A stretch of DNA of 64,000 nucleotides from Chrysomallon squamiferum (taxonomy: Eukaryota; Animalia; Mollusca). Location: NCBI GenBank assembly GCA_012295275.1, contig CM022675.1, forward strand, positions 4,774,001 to 4,838,000. The letters are read 5' to 3'. The notes beneath the pieces are model-generated. The model saw nothing but the letters and a program-made list of their open reading frames with translations. It ran no database searches and was not told the origin of the DNA. A program made the position numbers and the translations under genes. Shown here piece after piece: positions 50,267-64,000 of the stretch. Within the stretch, counting starts at the first letter, position 1. The number at the start of each line of letters is the position of its first letter.

Positions 50267-51276
50267 GAATAATAACTGAATAATATGAAATATTCCACTG
50301 TGTTTGTATATATTTAGGTATGTTTGTTTCTACATATATGTAGTATACACAATTTTTTTTTTTTTTTTTTTAATTTCTTCTCAGAACACATCGATTTTGT
50401 TTTAAAACTCAGAAGTTACCAGAATCAAGAATTAATTTTAACAAAAGAAACAATGAAATCAGCTCTGCTGAAGATTTACAACCTGGTCACACAAATCCGA
50501 GTTATGAGGTAACAACGACATCGACGTCGGCAGACTATGAATTTGAATCAGAAAATGAATGAAACCAGTGTTTACTACAACGTCCGATGCGGAGTTACTA
50601 TCAACGTGGAACACAGAAATGTTAAACGACTTCCAAATAACAGATCTACTGCTGACGACAACGATGACGACTACGACAGAGCGGATATCAAAACTGCAAC
50701 TACTACAACGTCTGAAATGGAGAGTCACCTCTCATGCAGCCATGATGGAGACTACAACACAACAGATAAAACACATAGTAGATCTAACATCTACAACCAC
50801 CTTGCAGTGGACAACAACGGCGACAACAACGGCGACTACGATACCTGTTATAAGAAAAAGAAAACAGCTACGTCTGATCTCTACAACCGGCTTGGTGTCC
50901 ACAATGACAGCGATTACGACTGCACAAACAAAGAAAAACAACTGCAACTGTATCTGACGTCTACAGCCACCTCGTTGATTCTGAAGACTACGACATCATG
51001 GACAGGAAACCTCCAACAGCAACAACAACATCAGAACCGTATGACCATCTTAACCAACCTGACAGGGACCTCTACGACATCGCTGATGCAGTTACTTCCG
51101 ATTTACCACACCCCAGTCTGTACAGAGATACTGCCTCTAACAATCAAATTCCCACTAGGAAATCAGAAATCTGTGATAACGTCCACGACGATTTCGACAA
51201 CAACGACAACGTTTCTGAAGGCAGCGGAAATTTTTATTTTGTTCTGGAAAATTCTGATTCAAAAGAATGTCAGTAG
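47632..51276 (+). pseudogene. Receptor gene B: 5'-truncated paralogue of A/C (part of CTLD2, stalk, TM, Tyr-rich tail)
   Basis: Partial exon ~47632-47752 (KIKNSSMSDLTTLLSEREQSKYWMGLQRKSEWRWID) starts directly at the satellite edge, and its donor reads G|tt instead of G|gt. Further exons: 49292-49438 (..SVACQK), 49760-49984 (S/T stalk ..NIPG), 50078-50153 (ALAGGGVAAVVVILFVAVVILLWTKR), 50385-51276 (RTHRFCF..GNFYFVLENSDSKECQ*). The tail has frameshifts at ~50560 and ~50935. Exons 1-5 are absent from the window. Confidence 0.8.
48405..49140. repeat. Degenerate (TG/TATG)n low-complexity tract in a gene B intron
   Basis: Read directly from the sequence. Confidence 0.9.
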
Positions 51277-51340
51277 TAACTCGATCGATATTTTGACGCA
51301 AAATCTGTCATCTTCAACCAAGTGTTTTTTTTAAATTCAC

Positions 51341-51411
<71 letters not shown>

Positions 51412-52998
51412 CATTATTATTTTCTTTTTGTTTTTACTGTTGTTGTTCTCTATTTCGTACTCCAAGTCTGTTTTATACTAACTTTTTAGTATTGACCTAA
51501 CTTCATTTTGATACAGTAAACCTCGTTACTATTCAAATGGATCATCTGGTAAATTAATATATATACTGACTTTCAAACGATTGATTTATTCTCTGTTTCA
51601 AGTGCTATTTGAATAAAACATTGAAAAATGGAAAATTCGAATTCTTATCTTTGTGTTTATTGCACGAGTTTTACTCAGTAAAGAAAAACGTTTAATGGTG
51701 AAGGTACTTTGGCATACCGGCCGTTTTGTTATATTTCTCTGAACGTGTATCGCGAACATCGTTCATACACTACTTGTTACGTTCTCGAGGTTTTGTCTAC
51801 GAGTTTTCTTCATATAAACAACCTCGACAAAACAAAAATTAAATATCTTAGCTTCATCTGTTTGTCCAGTATAAAAGGTAATATGACGTGAAATTAGTAT
51901 GAAACCTTGATGAAAAATTTCTGTAATATTTCTTAACTATTTTCCAGAGACAATCTCGTTTCAGAACAAGCTCTTAAATTTTGAGATCTCTTCAAAATGG
52001 CAACTGTGCGCAAACTGCGCCAAGAAAACATTGATAATTCTGTACTGTTTCACTGACATCACAACACACACATACACATACACAGACACACACACATACA
52101 CATACAGACACACACACACACACCTACAGACACACACACAAACACATACAGACATACACAGACATACACGATGTCTTTCTAGAGGTATATTCGTGATTAT
52201 GTGGGTTATATTATTTTACATTTCAGCATCTGAACATTCTAAAAGTTGATTTTCAAGAACCTAGGTTTACAACAGCTTTGTTTTTATTTTTCACAAAATA
52301 AATTCAGACCCAAACATTTCTAGCTGCATTCAGTGAAGTGAGACTTTGAGAGTGACGAGCTCTCTAAGTGAGAGAAACACAACTGTGAAACTAAGTATAA
52401 TGTAATATATTAATTTTATTTTAACTGTTTTTGTGAGACAATTCATCTTGCTGTCTCACGATATTGGCATCACAGGTTTTGAGACTTCATGTTTCACTGG
52501 TGACAGTAAATAATTATTAAATAAAATATACAGGAAAAGCCTGATCTCGCTAATTTTACTTTCATTTGTGAAATCTGAGGGGCACCTTTTCCGTAATTCT
52601 ATATGACAAGAGTTTAAATGCATTGGAACTGATGTTTACAGCTGGTGCCATAGTTCGGTCTAGTACATCGATGGTCCGCACCAAGTCCGCATCACAAAAT
52701 AGCGCAGGATCGGTAAAATGCGCAGATGTCTGGCGCGATCTCGTGATTGTTGCGCAGCTCTGTCTTAAGACAGCGCAAATCGGCAAATTGCGCTGACCAT
52801 GTTTACTGGTGTTCATTCGGTGTGTCTTCGGAGTAAACGGTTTTCTTCTTCTTTGTTTTTTTTTTTTTTAATTATTATTAGTTTGTTATTACACTACTTG
52901 TGTAATCTCTGTCCCAGGTAATACCCCTCCCAGATTTTTATGTTTGAAAATAATTCTGTAAACAAACAGCTGGTTTCCATTATTTATATTGTATAAAC

Positions 52999-55367
52999 CA
53001 GCGGTGGCATATACGGAGAAATCGACATTGATTTATTCTCAAAACTGCTCATTAACACTAAACTAAATTCTGAGCTATAAATTTAATTTTTAATTCCTTT
53101 CTTTGGGTAAAATTATATTTATGTCACGAAGGTTCTTTAAAAAAGATAGATGACAATCAATAAATGTCGTTTTCTTTTACTGAGAGGAGAAATTGTTAGA
53201 CACTGAGAACTCATGAAAATAGAAGTGCCAGATATCGCCACGTTTTTTTCAGAAAAAGTTCCAGATTAAATTCATTTCACAGTTTTGATCAAACCCTTAC
53301 TTACATAATGAGTAGAGCAAAGAAAGTTATCAGAAAATCTGTGTAGTAGAAGAAAATTCCAAAAATGGTGGACAACTGAATATGGCTTTATAGAACGAAA
53401 TAATAAAGCTGTTTGCATTTTATGTGATCAACAAGAACTAGGAATGTGAAAATACACTGAGTCAAATCACAAGTGGTTATTAGAAAGAAGTGATGAAGAA
53501 CGTAAACAATATATCGCACAAGAGGCAATCGAAGAAAGACCCAATCTCAGTTAAAGAAATCTTGTTTGTTGAAATTTGTAAGTGGCAACTCAGGTGTGAA
53601 TTTAGTGACAGCAAGTTTCAGTATTTCTCATGCTATTATTCAGTAAGGTAAAACTTTTATAATGGAGGAGAGTTTCGTAAAAAAAATGTTCTTAACTGTG
53701 CACCGTTTCATTTCGAAGACTTTAGTAACAAGGACAAAATAATTAAGCGTATTAATGAGCTTCCTATGACCATGCATTCAAATGCAAAAGGACTAGAACG
53801 CGTGTGATTATTTTTCAATTTGCCTTGATGAAACCACTGATGTTACTTCGGCTTCTCGATTTGCAATATTTGCAAGATTATTCTAGTGGTCATGAAATGT
53901 TTGAGGAGTTGCTTAGACTAGAAAGCCTGTCGTTAAATACTACAGGGAAAGATATCTGTGATATTGTAGTCAAAGCTCTTGGTGACAGAAACATAGATAT
54001 ATCAATTACAACAGATGCAGCTCCCAGCATGGTTGGTCGAAAGGTAGGATTTGTGGAACTTTTCACTGATATCGTCGGACATTCTGTAGCAAGTTTCACT
54101 GTAATGTTCATCAAGATGCACTGTGTGCTAACGTTGGATTAAAAGAACTAGAAAATATTACAGTGTCAGTCACCAAGATACTTAATTTGATATCAGCACG
54201 GGCATTGCATAAACGTGAATTCAGCTTGTTACTGGATGAAGTTGAATCAGCTTATGGCAGTTTACTGATGTACAATAATGTTCGGTGGCTTAGTAGAGGC
54301 AAGGTTCTTGAATGCTTTGTAGAATGCATAAATGAGATACAGCTTTTCTTAGACGTGAATAAAACTGAAGGCTATCCAGAACTACATGATGAGTCCTGGA
54401 TTTGGCGGTTGATATTTTTCACAGATCTCTCATTGCACTTGCATGAACTGAATGTTAAACTCCAAGGTTTCAGTAAAATTATTGATATCATGTTTGGACA
54501 TACTACTGCATTTGAAACCAAACTTGCCATTTTTGAGCATGACATTGAAAATAAAACTTTTAAGTACTTTCCAAGATTGAATAAGAATTATGAACATGTT
54601 AGTTACAAAGATGAAAACGATATAAAAACGATCAAGGCTTCTTTTTTCAGCTTTACGTTCTTTGAAAGATGAATTCATCAACATTTTCTCAGTTTAGAGA
54701 TCTTGAAGAAATATTGCTTTTCATTAAGCACTCAGATGAAGCTAATTTTGAAAAAAAATGTAAATGAATTTGTTTGATTGGCTGAACATAGAAGAACTGG
54801 AAATGGAAGTAGTAGAACTTCATTCCAGTTCTATTTGGAAGCAATAAGTCATCACTCTTAGGAGTAATTTAGAAACACTTGAAAAAGATCGATTAAGGGG
54901 AGTTTGCAGCGATCAAGACAATCAATTGTTGGTCATTTGTGAAAGCTTTCCCGAAGCATTTGGTGCTGTTAAAAGTCTTGCCAAAGCGGTATTAACAATT
55001 TTTTCTTCTACGTATGCGTGTGAGAGCCTGTTCTCATCTCTTAACTACATTAAATACAACAGAAGAAGTCGATTAACTTATGAAGCAAGTGCTACATGTT
55101 TACATTTAAACACAACGAACTATCGGCCTGGCATAAAGGAATTGGCTGGATAAATTCAGGTTCACAAGAGAAATTAAATAGGCAAGTTTAAATTGTCATT
55201 TCTTTATTGTACAACATAGCATATATATATTCATATACTTGTGTGTTAAAATCATAATGTAAATACACCATTTAGCAACATAAATTTAGAAGTGACACAC
55301 GACGATGTAAAAATGACTAACATATAAAAGTATTGACACGCCTAGCATCAAAGGTTTACCACCTCTG
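52999..55367 (+). mobile_element. Decayed hAT DNA transposon (GTF2IRD2/SPIN/Buster-like transposase pseudogene, ~53308-55180)
   Basis: Termini CAGCGGTGG and CCACCTCTG, with diverged 8-bp TSDs GTATAAAC/GCATAGAT. Fragments: FQKWWTTEYGFIERNNKAVCILC, ITTDAAPSMVG, YNNVRWLSRGKVL, IFSSTYACESLFSSLNYIK..RSRLT (hAT dimerisation domain). Many stops and frameshifts. An empty paralogous site is at ~56781-56803. Confidence 0.92.
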
Positions 55368-55636
55368 GCATAGATCTTCAAACACAGCATTTTAGTTGAT
55401 AAACGATATTTTTTTACAGCAATGCTGAAAATTCATAGATTTAATACTAATAATTTTTAAACAAATATGACAGGTGAAAGGTTTTTGTTTTCAAACAAGA
55501 CATTTACTATAGGTTTAGAACCAGAAATACAGAAAATTTCTCGTATTTTTCAGCTTTGCAAAGAACTGAAGTAGATGCTGGTCTTTAATCTAATATTGTC
55601 TGTTCTCTCTAATCTTACGTGGTCATCCTGAACATT

Positions 55637-55790
55637 AGCTGTGAATAGATCTTTATTAAAATAAGTTGTGAATAGATGTTGATTAAAATAAGCTGTGAAT
55701 AGATGTTTATTAAAATGAGCTGTGAATACATGTTTATTAAAATAAGCTGTGAATAGATGTTTATTAAAATAGGCTGTGAATACGTGTATA
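55637..55790. repeat. 27-bp minisatellite (AGCTGTGAATAGATGTTTATTAAAATA) x~6
   Basis: Read directly from the sequence. Confidence 0.85.
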
Positions 55791-57304
55791 TGAAACGAAG
55801 CAGGGAAAAGGTGTTTATGTGAAAATTAGCTGGCGATAGCCGTAAATACGAAAATATGTTGTGAAAAATGTTTGTGAAAATAAGTTGGAAATATGTATGT
55901 GTATATGAAACTAAGTTCGGAGTATGTCAAAATAAATCGGGAATAGGTCCTATATGAAAATAAACTGAGTATGTTTTTTCTAAATTTTGTTGTATGTTTG
56001 TATCTGGGAGGGTCTGAATGTGTGTATGTTTACATATATGTATTTATGTATCTGTTATGTATGCATATATGCATATATGTACTTATGTATGTATGTATGC
56101 ATGTATGTATGTATGTATGTATGTATGTATATATGTATGTATGAATGTTTGTAGGTATGTATGATATATGTATATTTTACATTAGTAAAACAGACGTATC
56201 ACTTCTAACTATATCAATTTAAAATTACAAAACAGTTTCTTCTGTAATCTGAGGCTACTAGGTGTGTGGGCTAAGATATCATTTGACATATTTTACCGTC
56301 GGGGTATGTTTGTATGCATCTATATAATTCATACAAGTTACACTAGAAAAACAGACTTATCACTTCTGATGATACCATTACAAAATTACAAAAACAGTCT
56401 CTTCTGTAATCTGAGTCCATTCATTGACAAACTGATATCGTGAGGCTGCTACTTGTCTGGGCTGAACGTTTCAGTTGACACATTTTACCCACAATAGACT
56501 CGTGATCAGTTTCACATTCCTCTATCTGTTAATATCTTCTTCGTGGCTCGTTTTAGCAAAACTCGGTTTTATGTCGTCTAGCTTAAGAAGTTTCGTAAAT
56601 AAATGTAAACAGAAGAAAACAAAAATAAATGATCTTTCTAATTAGTATTAACATTCTCTCTATGACTGAGTGTTATAAAACTGAGATATGCTACTTGTGT
56701 AATCTCTGTACCAGGTAAACCCCACCCAGATTTGTATGTTTCAAAATCATTCTGTAAGAAAACAACTGCTTTCCATTATTTATATTGCAGAAATCTTCAA
56801 ACAACGCATTTTAGTTAATAAAATAATATTTTTATAATATACACCAATGCTTGAAATTTACAAATTTAATATTAATTGATTTTAAACAAATGTGACAGTT
56901 CAAAGTTTGATTTTTATTAATATACAAAACTTATCGTATTTATCAGGTTTGCAAAGAACTGAAGTAGACACTGGTTTTTGATCTAATATTGTCTCTTCTC
57001 TCTGTAATCTTACGTTGTCCTCCTGAAAATTAGCTGTGAACAGATGTTCACGAAAACAATCTGAGAGTACTCATGTATATAAAAATAGGCTGTAAGTAGG
57101 TGTTTATGTGAAAATTAGCTGGGGATAGTTGTGTATATTTTAATATGTTGTGAAAAGGTATAGTGGTGAAAATAAGTTGGAAATATGTAGGTGTATATGA
57201 AACTTCGTTCGGAAAAGATAAAAATAAATTGGGAACAGGTGTTGTGTGAAAATAAACTGATGATGTATTTATATGTTGTATGTTTGTATGTGGGAGTCTC
57301 ACGA

Positions 57305-57540
57305 TATGTGTTTGTATGCATTTATTTGTATATGTACGCATACATGTATTTGTGTATGTATGCATTTCTTTGTATATGTACGCATACATGTATTTGTGTA
57401 GGTATGCATTTATTTGTACATGTACGCATACATGTATTTGTGTTTGTATGCATTTCTTTGTATATGTACGCATACATGTATTTGTGTATGTATGCATTGA
57501 TTTGTATATGTACGCATACATGTATTTGTGTATGTATGCT
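57305..57540. repeat. ~44-bp minisatellite (TATGCATTTATTTGTATATGTACGCATACATGTATTTGTGTATG) x~5
   Basis: Read directly from the sequence. Confidence 0.85.
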
Positions 57541-57980
57541 TATGTGTATTTATGTTGTTGTTTCTCGATTGTGTTATGTATGTGTAATTGTATGTGAGTA
57601 GGTATGTATGAATGTATACATATATTTGTATATGCATCCATTCTATATGCATGTATGTATGTACGTATGTAATTCATACAACTTATTTTTACTAATGTAA
57701 AATGGACGCATCACTTACAATTCTACCAACACAAAATAACAAACAGTGTTTTCTGTAACCTAAGAACCCATTCACTGATAAACTGATATTGTGAAGCTGC
57801 TAGTTTTCTGGGCTGAACGTTCCAGTTGACAAATTTTACCCCTGCAATAGACGTGTGGTCTTTTTCCATCCTTTTTCTATTTATATCTACTTCCTCGTTG
57901 TTTTAGCTGAACTCGGTTTATACAGTCTTGCGTAAGAATTTTCGTAAATAAAATTATAGAGAAGAAAACAAAACGAAATA

Positions 57981-63383
<5,403 letters not shown>

Positions 63384-64000
63384 CGTCCAAAACGACACCA
63401 ACAGCGACAACGTTTCTGAAGGCAGTGGAAATGTTTATTTTGTTCTGGAAAATTCTGATTGAAAAGAATCTCAGTAGTAACTCGATCGATTTTTGAAATC
63501 CATGTAAACAGTGTCTCATCCACCAGTTTTTATGTTTTACTTCTTTTTCCTTTTTATAAAATCGAACCACTTCTTTATTGTAATTGACATCGTTGTTGTT
63601 ATTATTATTATAATTATTATTATTACTATTACTATTATTATTATTACTATTATTATTATTACTAATATTATTATTACTATTATTATTATTATTACTATTA
63701 TTATTATGATTATTATATTATTATTAATGTTATGACTATTATTATTATTATTTCTATTTTTATTATTACTATTACTATTATTATTTGTATTATTACTATT
63801 ATTACTATTATTATTATTATTAGTATTACTATTATTGTTATTATTATTACTATTACTGTTATGACTATTATTATTATTACTATTATTATTATTATTATTA
63901 TTACTATTATTAGTATTAGTATTGAGATTACTATTATTACTAAAAACCCATGTTAACAGTATCTCATGTCACAGTTTATTTTTTCTTTTGTTTTTTGATG

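Overview
AT-rich, microsatellite-dense animal DNA with GT-AG spliced genes and TTAGGG-type telomeric repeats. The composition suggests a mollusc or other lophotrochozoan, but the taxon cannot be fixed from this window. Two 200-N scaffold gaps (17154-17353, 35385-35584) split it into three contigs, and most ORFs in the supplied track are microsatellite artefacts. Manual splicing gives three + strand paralogues of a type I membrane receptor: A 8178-16053, B 47632-51276 (5'-truncated) and C 57981-63383/63462. Their architecture is signal peptide, C-type-lectin-like domain (CTLD) with a WSC domain nested inside it, second degenerate CTLD, Ser/Thr stalk, TM helix and a Tyr-motif-rich tail ending in GN[VF]YFVLE. 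Between them lie a ~3.83-kb tandem array that repeats the promoter and first exon of a secreted TSP1-domain gene (gene D, with a hammerhead-ribozyme-like motif in intron 2) and a ~12-kb satellite of ~141-bp spacer plus (CCCTAA)n with higher-order structure that abuts a broken exon of gene B. A deleted Tigger/pogo element and a decayed hAT element with a paralogous empty site are also present.
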